This document shows, in pieces, positions 10,130 to 20,048 of a stretch of 64,000 nucleotides of DNA. The translations under genes were made by a program, and so were the position numbers. Source of the stretch: a virus; the IMG/VR virus record IMGVR_UViG_3300035162_004467, positions 21,311 through 85,310 of that record. One strand, given 5' to 3'. Below the pieces are notes generated by a model. The model saw only the letters and a list, made by a program, of their open reading frames with translations. It ran no database searches and was not told the DNA's origin. Position 1 is the stretch's first letter; the number at the start of each line of letters is the position of its first letter.

Positions 10130-11511
10130 TGAGCGATATAGGTTTACTTTTTAAATTGCAAGATAAGCAATCGTCTAACCAGAAGCTATCAGCTTTTTAT
10201 GATTTTACATTTGACTCTTCAGATGAAGCCAATGTACAAGGAGATAGTAGTAGTTCGACTTACACAGGAGTGCAAGTCAACTCTACTTTCGCCAATGATA
10301 CTTCTTTACATACTGGATTTTTACTTGGGTCTATAGATAGTAGTGAAGCTAGTTCACTGATAAAGGCTTCGGGTATATTGCAAGGAAATAAGCTAAATTT
10401 AACTTCTGGAAATTTTCAAGTTCCTTTCGATGGTTTGAACGCAAACGATATATCAGTCTTGATCGATTTCGAGTTTGCTGACGGAGATTTTGATGATGGA
10501 ATTATCATGGGTTGTTTCAAAACTGGAGAAGAAACGATTAATTCCTTAAATATAGAAACTTCTGAAGGATTCAATATTGGAGTTACCGATAGGGGTCATT
10601 TGTTTTGTCAAACTTTTGGACCTAATGGTGATGCGATTAATATAGCTCACCCTATAGAGCTATCTAAAAGAAATTTAATTTCAGTATCTACAACAGATAC
10701 TTTTATCACACTTAGTTATTTTGATTATTTCAATGACTTAGTGAGAAGCTTGGCGTTGCCTGTAGATAGAAATTATATTTCCTCTACTTCAGTGTTGAAT
10801 TTCGGAGGTAGCGATACTTATTTTAGATCAACGGACAATGAAACTGCAACATTTAGCGGGAGTTTAAATAGTCTAGCCATTTTCTCTGGTTACATAGAAG
10901 AAGAGTTTTTAAAAGATTTGGGGGAAGGTATGCTTGGTAGTTACAGCTTTACTGCTGGGTCTACAGTCACAGAGCAAAGACTTACTGGATATGCTGATAC
11001 AATCAGTTATAAAACTGGAATAACTGGCTATGATTATATCTCTACTGGCACATTAGAGATAATTACAGGAAGAGAAGAATTTACTGGTAGTACATCACCG
11101 GCTTCTCCAGACAGTAAAAAAGAAGGGGAGCGTTACTACAAGTATTATACGTTAAATAATGGTAACGTTAAAACATTCTATAAAGAAGAGTTGGGCCAAC
11201 TCCATTCAGATTCTGGATATATTTATTATCCAACGGGAGAAGGCGCTTTTGACACTTTAGGTTTAAACGATATATCTGAATCAATAGATGCTTATACAGA
11301 GCTTACTGGGATGACTCAAGATAAAATAACGATTGATTTGTTTGGGAAGACTCCTTTGACTGGCACACTTTCTGAAGTCAGTGGAGTTGTCCAGACTGCT
11401 TTGGAAGAAACTTATTCTATATATACCCCAAGTTCTTCTGGAGTAACTCTTGAAGAAGATAGCGAAGATTTTAAGAAAAACTTTATTTATTACATGGGAG
11501 GTCGGTCATGA
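10129..11511 (+). CDS. Putative virion protein with LamG/ConA-like N-terminal half
   Basis: GFNIGVTDRGHLF and LNFGG...FSGSLNSLAIFS resemble LamG-like domain motifs; TG-rich C-terminal half. Confidence 0.5.
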   Translation: MSDIGLLFKLQDKQSSNQKLSAFYDFTFDSSDEANVQGDSSSSTYTGVQVNSTFANDTSLHTGFLLGSIDSSEASSLIKASGILQGNKLNLTSGNFQVPFDGLNANDISVLIDFEFADGDFDDGIIMGCFKTGEETINSLNIETSEGFNIGVTDRGHLFCQTFGPNGDAINIAHPIELSKRNLISVSTTDTFITLSYFDYFNDLVRSLALPVDRNYISSTSVLNFGGSDTYFRSTDNETATFSGSLNSLAIFSGYIEEEFLKDLGEGMLGSYSFTAGSTVTEQRLTGYADTISYKTGITGYDYISTGTLEIITGREEFTGSTSPASPDSKKEGERYYKYYTLNNGNVKTFYKEELGQLHSDSGYIYYPTGEGAFDTLGLNDISESIDAYTELTGMTQDKITIDLFGKTPLTGTLSEVSGVVQTALEETYSIYTPSSSGVTLEEDSEDFKKNFIYYMGGRS

Positions 11512-12314
11512 CTTACAATTATATTGTATCTACTGGAGACTCTACTATATCAGGTAGTGTTCTAAATATTTTGGATAACAATCAAATCTCTTATTCTAGA
11601 CAACAATATGAAAAAGATATATATGTCATTCGAGACGAGGATGGGGAACAAAAAGAAAACCCATTTTATTTTAATGATTCTATAATCACGGGATCAAATT
11701 GCTCTTTATTAAGCCTCAACTCTCAAACTTTACTTGAGGGAGGATTTTCTATCACAACTGGGGCAAACAAATATTATTATAATATAAATGACTCTGGTAA
11801 TTATGTTGTTGATGCAGAGAATTCAAAAGGTAATATTATTTTTGATCCAGTTTTAACCTTAGGCTATCAGGATTTCATCCTTTATGATAAAAGAGATTTT
11901 GCTACTGGAATTTTAATTTACTCTACTTCTTCTTTTGATTTTATAGCTATTGATGCTCTTAGATCTAAAGTAGATTCTGCTTATTCTAATGCTTCGACAG
12001 CAGGGCTTTTATTTGATAATTACGATGTTTTTTTTAATGGGCAAAAGTTAAAGTTATATGAATACCCCAATTCTACTGTTACAGGGAACTTCTTTGCTAT
12101 CCCCAAAAAAGATGGAATAATTGATGTGCATTCTGATGAGCCTGATTTATTCGGGTCAGGATTTGTAGAGCACCACCTTGATCTTTATTTAAATGGAATG
12201 GAGCAAGATAATCAAGATTGTCTTCAATTGTATACTGGAGTGTATATGATAGAGACAGGGGTGAACTCTTCGTTCACTTTGGTTAGTGAAGAAACAGAAA
12301 CTTATGTATTGTAA
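11508..12314 (+). CDS. Putative virion structural protein
   Basis: 268 aa, acidic; two D(V/L)(F/Y)(F/L)NG motifs; tail operon context. Confidence 0.5.
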   Translation: MTYNYIVSTGDSTISGSVLNILDNNQISYSRQQYEKDIYVIRDEDGEQKENPFYFNDSIITGSNCSLLSLNSQTLLEGGFSITTGANKYYYNINDSGNYVVDAENSKGNIIFDPVLTLGYQDFILYDKRDFATGILIYSTSSFDFIAIDALRSKVDSAYSNASTAGLLFDNYDVFFNGQKLKLYEYPNSTVTGNFFAIPKKDGIIDVHSDEPDLFGSGFVEHHLDLYLNGMEQDNQDCLQLYTGVYMIETGVNSSFTLVSEETETYVL

Positions 12315-14830
12315 TGGCTATTATTGGTGAAAGAGAAACATTAACATCTTTAGACTTTAATTTCTCCAGTTCAGGAGGTAATCATTCTGCAACTGTTCAA
12401 AGCGTTTTTGACGCAAAAGATTTGTCTGATTCAGAAAGTGAACTTGGGACATTGATTGGTTCTAGTGCTGGTAAGGTTACATTTTCTAATGATGAAATTG
12501 ATAACTTGATGAAGAATTTCATACAAGTTGAGAAGACCGTGCAACAAGATGGAAACAAAAAAACAGTTTCTAGAAAACTTCAAGATTCAACATCTCTAAG
12601 ATTAAAATCTCACTGTTTTATTGTCAGAGGTAGGGACTCCCATCCTCATGATAAGGGGGTTTCTGGAATAAGTAATGCTCAAGTAAGAGATTTGACTGCT
12701 TCTGGAATGCTGATTGACGGATTGGGGATTTCTAAGCCTAGAGTTTCTTCTGGAGCAGGAGCAGAAGTAATTCTTCCTTATTTCGGAGAATTACCTAATA
12801 GCCCAATAACAAGTTCTGCACAAAGATTTCCCTTCAGGAGACCGACAAGGTTGAATGGTAGTGGGGTTATAGCAATTGGGAATGTTTATAATGAAGAAAG
12901 CTCTGTAAATTCTGACGGAAGAAAAACTTCTTTGTCTTATCAAAGTGGGGATCTGAAAGAGAAGATTAGTTTCAACGAAGAGTACGTAAGTACTTTTTAT
13001 AAAGACAATCCAGATTTATCTAATTACGACTTGAATTTTGGCTACACTTTGCGGGAAGCGAAGCGAGGTTTCGGTTTGGCTGGCATCACATTGGCAGGAT
13101 TGCCAGAATCAGCCACAGATGAAGTCTTGTTTAGCGAGTCTGGAACTTTAGATTCAATAGCGTCAAGCATTGCTTCTAAATATGGATATTATTGGTTTAT
13201 CGATCCATTTAGCTTTGGATTAATAAAATTCATAAACTCAGCTTCTGCTTCTCAATTAGGTATAACAAATCCATTGACGCAATCAGGAGATCTTCAAGAA
13301 AAATATGTAAACGCTTCATTCACGCAAAGCAATCTATCCCCAAAGATAGTCAATGCCTTTGGTTCGACAATTGAGAAACGGACTCAAACTTTTGATTTTG
13401 CTGAAGGCCAAAGATATGTTCGTTTCCATAAGCTGCAAATGAAGGGGATGAGTCAGTTTTTTAAATTTGATGAAAGTTTATTAGGATTATTTTATGGATT
13501 ATATCTCTCTGGTAAATTTGATGCATTTACTTTCGATGCTTTAGCTCATTATGCTACCTTTATAGACAAAAACAATAATGTTGAATGGGGTGACAATTGG
13601 GGAAATTCAGATCAAATCCGTGATGGGAAAACATGTGGATGGGGTACTTCTATAGCTGGTACGACAGTTAGAAAATACATGGAAGATCAATGGGATGGAG
13701 ATTTCAATTTAAAAACTGGAACATATGTGACGTTCCGAAAAAGTGTTGGCGGTGTGACAGGGGGGGGGAGGTTAACCAACCCATCTAGAAATAAGATATT
13801 TGGAAATCTAAAAGATTTTTTCGATTTAATATCTAGTTCTATTTATGTGTCTAACAAATTCTCACAATATAAAGCTAGAAGAATGCAGTGGGGAAGCTCA
13901 GATATGAGCATCTCTGGTCCTTTCGACATTCACGATAAGGACATCTCAGAGGTAGATGGACTTCAAACATTATACTCAGTATTAGAGTTAAATGGATTTG
14001 GAAATAAGAAATTAAATGATATATTTGCAAAATCAGACTCTTCTGGGACAGGGGGAAACCATGGATTTGTTGGAATAATTAAGGGGAACCAAAGACTTGC
14101 TGCGGGAAATAGCAAAAAAGATTTTGATTACGAGGCCGTTAATGATGAAAATTTTATTTTCATCAAAAATCCTCACACTAACGAAAACTTTTTTGGTTTC
14201 TCTAATAAATTCAAGAACAGCGTAGATAATTTGATAACGAAATCTGTTGGGATGTATCAAAAAATTAAGGCATCGGAAAGCCGAGATGCTCCAAACACAT
14301 CAAAAGCTTATTATACTAGAGTTAGACAGCCAACAGATGAAGAAGGAACAGAAGAAGACAGAAAGCAGGAGGAAGCCAGAAATAGAAGGCAAGCAGGACT
14401 TGATGCCGCTGCTGAAAAACTCTCAGAGGTAGCGGAAAGATTTGATATAAGATACTTTAACGTTAAAACGAATGGGGCTTCTGGTGATCCGCTAGTTCCT
14501 ATTACTCTTGACACAAAGAATGGGAAAATTTCAGACATCAAAGCTTTAGAAGCAGCGAACTTTTCCGCAAGGCAATCTAGCTCTCAAAAAACTGCAACTT
14601 CTAGTAGGACTATAGTTGGTATCAGTTTACCGGATGTTTTTTCTGTTACACTTTCTGGCCTGACCCTAAAGCTGGGCAGTTCTGGAGTGACCACAACGAT
14701 TCAAGAATCGACGATGAAGCTATTGAAGCCTGATGAACAATTAATAATCAATGATGGCCAAAGAGCAGCCTTGGCTACAAGTTTCAATACTAATTTCTCT
14801 GCGAAACAGAAAAACTTCTTGGGGCTATAA
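12314..14830 (+). CDS. Putative baseplate hub / tail tip protein
   Basis: 838 aa, last gene of the tail operon; SGTLDSIASSIASKYGYYWFID resembles hub-protein segments. Confidence 0.45.
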   Translation: MAIIGERETLTSLDFNFSSSGGNHSATVQSVFDAKDLSDSESELGTLIGSSAGKVTFSNDEIDNLMKNFIQVEKTVQQDGNKKTVSRKLQDSTSLRLKSHCFIVRGRDSHPHDKGVSGISNAQVRDLTASGMLIDGLGISKPRVSSGAGAEVILPYFGELPNSPITSSAQRFPFRRPTRLNGSGVIAIGNVYNEESSVNSDGRKTSLSYQSGDLKEKISFNEEYVSTFYKDNPDLSNYDLNFGYTLREAKRGFGLAGITLAGLPESATDEVLFSESGTLDSIASSIASKYGYYWFIDPFSFGLIKFINSASASQLGITNPLTQSGDLQEKYVNASFTQSNLSPKIVNAFGSTIEKRTQTFDFAEGQRYVRFHKLQMKGMSQFFKFDESLLGLFYGLYLSGKFDAFTFDALAHYATFIDKNNNVEWGDNWGNSDQIRDGKTCGWGTSIAGTTVRKYMEDQWDGDFNLKTGTYVTFRKSVGGVTGGGRLTNPSRNKIFGNLKDFFDLISSSIYVSNKFSQYKARRMQWGSSDMSISGPFDIHDKDISEVDGLQTLYSVLELNGFGNKKLNDIFAKSDSSGTGGNHGFVGIIKGNQRLAAGNSKKDFDYEAVNDENFIFIKNPHTNENFFGFSNKFKNSVDNLITKSVGMYQKIKASESRDAPNTSKAYYTRVRQPTDEEGTEEDRKQEEARNRRQAGLDAAAEKLSEVAERFDIRYFNVKTNGASGDPLVPITLDTKNGKISDIKALEAANFSARQSSSQKTATSSRTIVGISLPDVFSVTLSGLTLKLGSSGVTTTIQESTMKLLKPDEQLIINDGQRAALATSFNTNFSAKQKNFLGL

Positions 14831-15601
14831 TTTTCTGATCGCAGCCCTTATCTTCCGAACTTCTTTTACTGGGATATCGCTAAAATCATTCCAGTTTTGA
14901 GCGTCTTCATTTTTATAAATTTCTTGCTTCCATAAAGAACGCAAAGCTCCTTTTTTAAAGTCTTCAAAATTGTGGCCTCCACCAGTTTGATCTTGCCAGT
15001 CTTGGAATAGTCTTGCATGAGGAGAAAGAATACGATCTATACTTTCATCGCTACAAGATTCAATTGATTGCGAATTGACAGCTCCTTTCGATTTATCAAT
15101 CTCATCAGCTCCAACGATATGAATGTTCAGGAAGTTACGGACACATCTTACGAAAGCTCTATTACAAGCAATAGTCTCTAGAAACTTTGCCGCGAAAGAA
15201 CCTGTATTTTGCAATGTAGCATTCGCCACATCTTGGTAACCAATGCGCTCTTTGTTGCTTTCATAGTTAGGAGACCAAACAATTTCACAACTAGCCACAA
15301 CATAAGTATCGTTAAGGTGGTTAGTATCGAATGAGACGCTTTCAAATCCTCTGAGTCGGGCCAACTCTTTAATGCCTCCTAACATAATCAAGAGCTGTTT
15401 ATCATCCAAGCCTTCTGAAGAAGTGGGGACATCTTTTTTGCGAGCTTCAAACCAGTCCTTGTTTGGATAAAGGAACTCTGATTTAATCATTGCCCTCCAA
15501 TCTACAGAACCATCCTCGCTAAATTCGTATTCTACATTTTCTAAAAGCCCATGTTCATTGCGCTTGTAAAGATCAGGTCCGTAAATTTTTTTATCACTCA
15601 T
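14825..15601 (-). CDS. Putative single-strand annealing protein (Rad52/RedBeta-like fold)
   Basis: Pattern LGGIKELA...beta strands...ANAT...LETIACNRAFVRCVRNFLNI...ADEI resembles the SSAP helix motif. Confidence 0.55.
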   Translation of the reverse strand: MSDKKIYGPDLYKRNEHGLLENVEYEFSEDGSVDWRAMIKSEFLYPNKDWFEARKKDVPTSSEGLDDKQLLIMLGGIKELARLRGFESVSFDTNHLNDTYVVASCEIVWSPNYESNKERIGYQDVANATLQNTGSFAAKFLETIACNRAFVRCVRNFLNIHIVGADEIDKSKGAVNSQSIESCSDESIDRILSPHARLFQDWQDQTGGGHNFEDFKKGALRSLWKQEIYKNEDAQNWNDFSDIPVKEVRKIRAAIRKL

Positions 15602-15602
15602 T

Positions 15603-16712
15603 TCAATCAGTATAAAGCATAAGTTTATCTAAGTCAACGAAAATATCGTCTAAATTTTCTTCGCTGTTAGCTTCGAAAAGAGAGTGATACGCTTTTCTAT
15701 TCTTGAAGTAAATTGTATAAGATTTTATTTTTAAATTCTTTTTAGGCAGTTTTAGCTGTTTTTTATTTTTTTCTATTTTTTCAGATTCGTCAATTAGAGC
15801 GATCTGATCATCAAAAAACTTATACCTTTCCTCTTCGAGAGTTTCTTCGTTTGTGCAAAACAAACGCAAAGCAACTCCTTTCTTTTTAGCTTGTTCGATG
15901 AACTCTGCATCAAAGCGATCAGAGAAATAATTTATACAGTTTATGTTTTTTTGACTTAAAACTTGGTCCCCTAAAGGTTTGTTGGTAACGATTGAAATTT
16001 GGTTGTCTTTGAATAAATGAAGAGTATTTTCTTCGTTATGAAGTAAATCAAACCTAAGGACTATCTTTTTGGAAGATGCATCATATTTATGATCTGGTAT
16101 AATATGAATGAATTCTTCTTTATATTTACCCCCAATAAAAATCGTTTTTCTAGAACTTTTATTTTTACCTAATTTTTTAAGAATAGCATTAGCTATTTGC
16201 TCTGGATTAATTAAGTTAATTTGTTTGGGGTTCTCTTTCAAAGAGTAGGATGGTTTCTTCCCATTTCTATGAGATTCAATTATCGCATGGTTCTTTTTCG
16301 AACCCCAAACTGGACTGCAAGTAGAGGCATGTGTGTGCGCGTATATCGCAACAATAGGCTTGTCAAAAGAAGAGGCAATGTGAACTGGCAAACTATCTAT
16401 CCCAACATGCATAAGCCCATTCTTAATAATGTAAGCAGATTGCTTGATACTTTGAGTAGCAGCGAACTTTGTAACGTTTTTTATTTTTGGTTCTCCCCCA
16501 GAGCCTATTTGAATAAACTTAATATCTGGAGCTTTTTGCTTGACTAAAGATATAACCTCCTCCCAATAATCGTATTCTTTAGATTGAACTTTATTATCAT
16601 TGTGAATGGTAATATAATTCTCTTCAAGAAGAGGAAAAAAATGAGGTTTAAAATGTGGTTCACCAATCTTAACTCCCAAATCTTTTGCGTAAACTTCTAC
16701 TAGGTGGCTCAT
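15603..16712 (-). CDS. Glycosyltransferase family 9-like (heptosyltransferase-like) protein
   Basis: KEYDYWEEVI, IQIG, HVGIDSLPVHIASSFDKPIVAIY are the GT9 nucleotide-binding signature. Confidence 0.8.
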   Translation of the reverse strand: MSHLVEVYAKDLGVKIGEPHFKPHFFPLLEENYITIHNDNKVQSKEYDYWEEVISLVKQKAPDIKFIQIGSGGEPKIKNVTKFAATQSIKQSAYIIKNGLMHVGIDSLPVHIASSFDKPIVAIYAHTHASTCSPVWGSKKNHAIIESHRNGKKPSYSLKENPKQINLINPEQIANAILKKLGKNKSSRKTIFIGGKYKEEFIHIIPDHKYDASSKKIVLRFDLLHNEENTLHLFKDNQISIVTNKPLGDQVLSQKNINCINYFSDRFDAEFIEQAKKKGVALRLFCTNEETLEEERYKFFDDQIALIDESEKIEKNKKQLKLPKKNLKIKSYTIYFKNRKAYHSLFEANSEENLDDIFVDLDKLMLYTD

Positions 16713-18415
16713 CTTAATCTAAATTGAATTTTATCTTTCCCGTTGTGGTTGTAGCTGTATGTTTTTTGAGTCATGCAGTGTGGTAAGAAAGCAATATCGA
16801 AAAGACCTTCGTGGTCGCCCCTACCCTCAAGTACATACATATTATCAAGAGAGTCAGAATATGGTATAACTTTGTGGACAAAAGGATTGTCATTTATAAG
16901 GTCATAAAATTCTGGCTGAGTAACGAAGAATATTTTTTTATTAGGATAAAGGTTATGCAGATTCTCCATCAGAGAGTTTGCCATTAATACATCTCCTGCT
17001 GACCTTGGAAGAACTACAGCGATTCTATCTTTGAGAGGCACATCTTTTAGGAAGTCTTCTAGTTTCGGTTTCTGAGCTTTCGGCTCTTCTTCCTTTTTCT
17101 TCTTTGTTCTTAATTCAACTGATTTAATAAAATGCTTTAATCTCTCTGTTGTGTTTTGAACTGAGAATCTTTCTTGAACATATTTTTTGCCAGTTTCAAT
17201 GAGTTTTAATTTAGACTCTTCGTCCATTTCGTAAACTTGCTGTAGCCTCTCGCAAATACTATCTGGACATGTCGTGGCTTTGATGAACTGAGTGCTTGGT
17301 TCTCTATATTCATTCCAAGCTAAAGGAATCCCACCTTGATGCTCATATGCGGAGTCAGTCCCGCAAGAGTAGTCTGTAACGAGAGTAATAAGACCAGCGG
17401 CTTTAGCTTCTTGAATAGGTAGTTCTTGCCCTCCACTTGTAAATGGATGGCAGTAAACATCCATCATGTTGTATAGTTCATTTAACTCCTTCTCTCCTAC
17501 CCCCTTACCGCTATTTTTAGTTTTTACAGATTTCTTAGAACCGCAAGAAGAGCAATCTTTATCTTCTCCAAAATATGGTTGAACAAAGTAGTCATCGCAT
17601 TTGTGGCAGATATAAGTCGCCAAGACACTTTTATCTTCAAGATTCTTCTCTTTTAGGTATCTTGGAATATCCCACCCTTGTTGTTTCTCTCCCCAGTCTG
17701 TATGGAGTAGGAGTTTAGCTGATACCTCTGGATTTTTTGCTTTGAATTTTTTAAATCCTTCAAGTAGGTTTGGAACGGACTTCCTGAGTTGATTTTTGAA
17801 AACAAACCCAACCACAAAATCGTCTTTTAGCCCATGAAGCTCTCTTAGCTTATCTCTATCGTCTAGTGGCTTGAAATGGCTGTAATCTACGGCCCCGTGG
17901 ACAGTTTCCACTGTAGAATGCCCAAGTTCCTTCATTGCCTTCTCAGCAAAGCTAGCCCAAACTAGCATTTGATCACATTTAGGTTCCATGTCGATAGCTT
18001 GATCTAAAATCGGCAAGCTATCTAAAGTTGTCCAAATTATTTTCCTTGTTTCATCCCACCAAGATTTTTTTTCATAATCTCTAAACGCCCAAACATCTTC
18101 AATTCCTAAAAATACATCTGGCTTAACTTTTTCTACAATTTTGTCGATTGAATAGAATCCATATTGAGCAGCTCTCTTTCTTACTGGCTCCTTCTCTATT
18201 TCGATTAAAGTTTTCTGGTCCGAAGGATATGTCCCATAAGATTCCCAAGGCGTATAGATGTCTCTACCGTATGGGACTCCATTGGCAGCTTCTACTACTT
18301 CAATATCTGGATCATTATGAAGAGCTAAGAGAATATTTTTCATATTCTTCCCAAACCCCGTTACCATACGGGAATAATTAGATTGAACTAATACTTTAAT
18401 TTTAGAAGGGGACAT
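16709..18415 (-). CDS. GT4-like glycosyltransferase with CxxC...CxxC insert and C-terminal GT9-like N-domain
   Basis: TGFGK, NQLRK, YNMMDVYCHPFTSGGQELPIQEAKAAG (GT-B); CHKC...CSSC; C-terminal PRSAGDVLM...NPFVHKVI. Start chosen at MSPSK. Confidence 0.8.
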   Translation of the reverse strand: MSPSKIKVLVQSNYSRMVTGFGKNMKNILLALHNDPDIEVVEAANGVPYGRDIYTPWESYGTYPSDQKTLIEIEKEPVRKRAAQYGFYSIDKIVEKVKPDVFLGIEDVWAFRDYEKKSWWDETRKIIWTTLDSLPILDQAIDMEPKCDQMLVWASFAEKAMKELGHSTVETVHGAVDYSHFKPLDDRDKLRELHGLKDDFVVGFVFKNQLRKSVPNLLEGFKKFKAKNPEVSAKLLLHTDWGEKQQGWDIPRYLKEKNLEDKSVLATYICHKCDDYFVQPYFGEDKDCSSCGSKKSVKTKNSGKGVGEKELNELYNMMDVYCHPFTSGGQELPIQEAKAAGLITLVTDYSCGTDSAYEHQGGIPLAWNEYREPSTQFIKATTCPDSICERLQQVYEMDEESKLKLIETGKKYVQERFSVQNTTERLKHFIKSVELRTKKKKEEEPKAQKPKLEDFLKDVPLKDRIAVVLPRSAGDVLMANSLMENLHNLYPNKKIFFVTQPEFYDLINDNPFVHKVIPYSDSLDNMYVLEGRGDHEGLFDIAFLPHCMTQKTYSYNHNGKDKIQFRLR

Positions 18416-18992
18416 CATCATCGTCGTCCTCAACTACGGACGCTTTAGGTGCAGATTTCTGATAAGTTTTTTGTGACTGTTCCTGTTTATAATCCTTCTT
18501 GTAAGCTTCTGATTGAGCAATCAGGCTTTCTTTAATATACCCTTCAAGGAGAACCGCTAAACATTCAGCTTCTCCAGCTTCAATTGGTAGCTTGAAGAAT
18601 TGTGAAGAGTTTTTTGTAATAGTTAAACCCCAAGCTGGAGATTTGAAGGTTTCTTGGCCATCTTTGTTCTTGATAATGCGATTTTTATCCCAAGGAGTAA
18701 ATTTAATGATGGTGGTTTTTTCTTCTGTTTTATGAAAGCCCACAAAAGGAATGCGTGTTTTCATGCAAGACAGGAATTCGCCAGCTTCATTTTCTGTTAA
18801 CTTAATCGTAGTTGACTTATCTGGATTTTTAGCATTTTGCTTAAAAGAGCCTGTTTTCGTCTGATCATTCCAACTGTGTTGTAGGATCATTGAAACAAAA
18901 AGTACAGACTTCCCATTTCTGTCTTTAGTAGAATCAAAAGTGAAAGCAGATCCAGTATTCTTAGCATTTGGCTTATAAAGTGTAAATTTCAT
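18402..18992 (-). CDS. Single-stranded DNA-binding protein, Whirly/PC4-like core with SSB-type acidic tail
   Basis: Ends in EDDDDDVPF; two repeats of beta strands plus helix (IKLTENEAGEFL; LPIEAGEAECL). Confidence 0.65.
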   Translation of the reverse strand: MKFTLYKPNAKNTGSAFTFDSTKDRNGKSVLFVSMILQHSWNDQTKTGSFKQNAKNPDKSTTIKLTENEAGEFLSCMKTRIPFVGFHKTEEKTTIIKFTPWDKNRIIKNKDGQETFKSPAWGLTITKNSSQFFKLPIEAGEAECLAVLLEGYIKESLIAQSEAYKKDYKQEQSQKTYQKSAPKASVVEDDDDDVPF

Positions 18993-19030
18993 AGAAAAAG
19001 TGTATTCTTATTTAGATAATCTATTGTAAC

Positions 19031-20023
19031 ATGGCATTTACTAAAATTCAACCACAACAATTACAATTACCTACTTTTACTAGTCCTAGTGGTGATTTTT
19101 CATTTACTGATCTCTCCACTGGAATCCAGATCAATTTAGATAGGACTATCACTGGTCCAATGGTCATCACTGAACTCAAAACCAGTGCAGAAACAACTAT
19201 TCTTACTGTCGCAGATAATAATTCATTTTCGGAAAATTCAATTTGCATTGCTGGCGTGAACAATCGTGTTTCAGGAGATAATAATGTTTTATTAAACGGA
19301 CGATCCACAACTGAATTTTCAGGATCATTTAACACTCTTGTTAACGGAAAATCAGTTAATTTTGGGGCGAGTGGACAGCAAAATACAATTTTAGGTGGAG
19401 ACGGAGTCTCTTTTGCCGATCAAGTCACAGGATCAGTGATATTAGCTGATCACGAGACAGCTGTAACTAATAGCACGAATCATTCTTTAATGGTTTCTTT
19501 TGAAAGCGGGGTTACCTTCCAAAATGGTGATGTCCAATTCAATGGTGATAATGCTAATTTTAGCTCCCATCTAAAAGTTGATTCAAGTCACTCTGGAATA
19601 TTTAGCGGAAATTGCTCTATAGGAGGGGCTCTAGATGTACACGATCTGATTGTTACTGGAGCCACTCAATTTTCTGGATCTGTTGATATGGATGATCCAG
19701 TAAGATTTCACGACAGTGTACTTTTACAAGACTCTTCGGAAGCAGCATCACAGACTTGGGTTAACGAAACGGGAGTTAAGTTGCTAATGGGCGCACCCGG
19801 AAATTCAGCTTTAGCGCCTTACTTAAATACTGCGGTTGGAACTAGTTTCGGAACGAACGCTTTTTCTAAAATGGGTACGAATGATACCTTGTCAGGCCAT
19901 TTATTAGTAGATACTATTGGAGACCCAGACAAGGCAAGATTAGTATTCACCTGCCATGGATTTACAGGAGTAATTGCTTTTGACGCTTTCCAAACTGGAG
20001 CGATTCCCGAACACTTTCCTTAG
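19031..20023 (+). CDS. Putative virion fibre/adhesin-like protein
   Basis: G/N/S/T-rich beta-roll-like repeats; shares GSVILAD...HSL...FESGV and A-x-x-TWV motifs with 46910..48133; GTGTAT at 19000. Confidence 0.6.
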   Translation: MAFTKIQPQQLQLPTFTSPSGDFSFTDLSTGIQINLDRTITGPMVITELKTSAETTILTVADNNSFSENSICIAGVNNRVSGDNNVLLNGRSTTEFSGSFNTLVNGKSVNFGASGQQNTILGGDGVSFADQVTGSVILADHETAVTNSTNHSLMVSFESGVTFQNGDVQFNGDNANFSSHLKVDSSHSGIFSGNCSIGGALDVHDLIVTGATQFSGSVDMDDPVRFHDSVLLQDSSEAASQTWVNETGVKLLMGAPGNSALAPYLNTAVGTSFGTNAFSKMGTNDTLSGHLLVDTIGDPDKARLVFTCHGFTGVIAFDAFQTGAIPEHFP

Positions 20024-20048
20024 GCGCATCAATATCTTCTCCAACATC

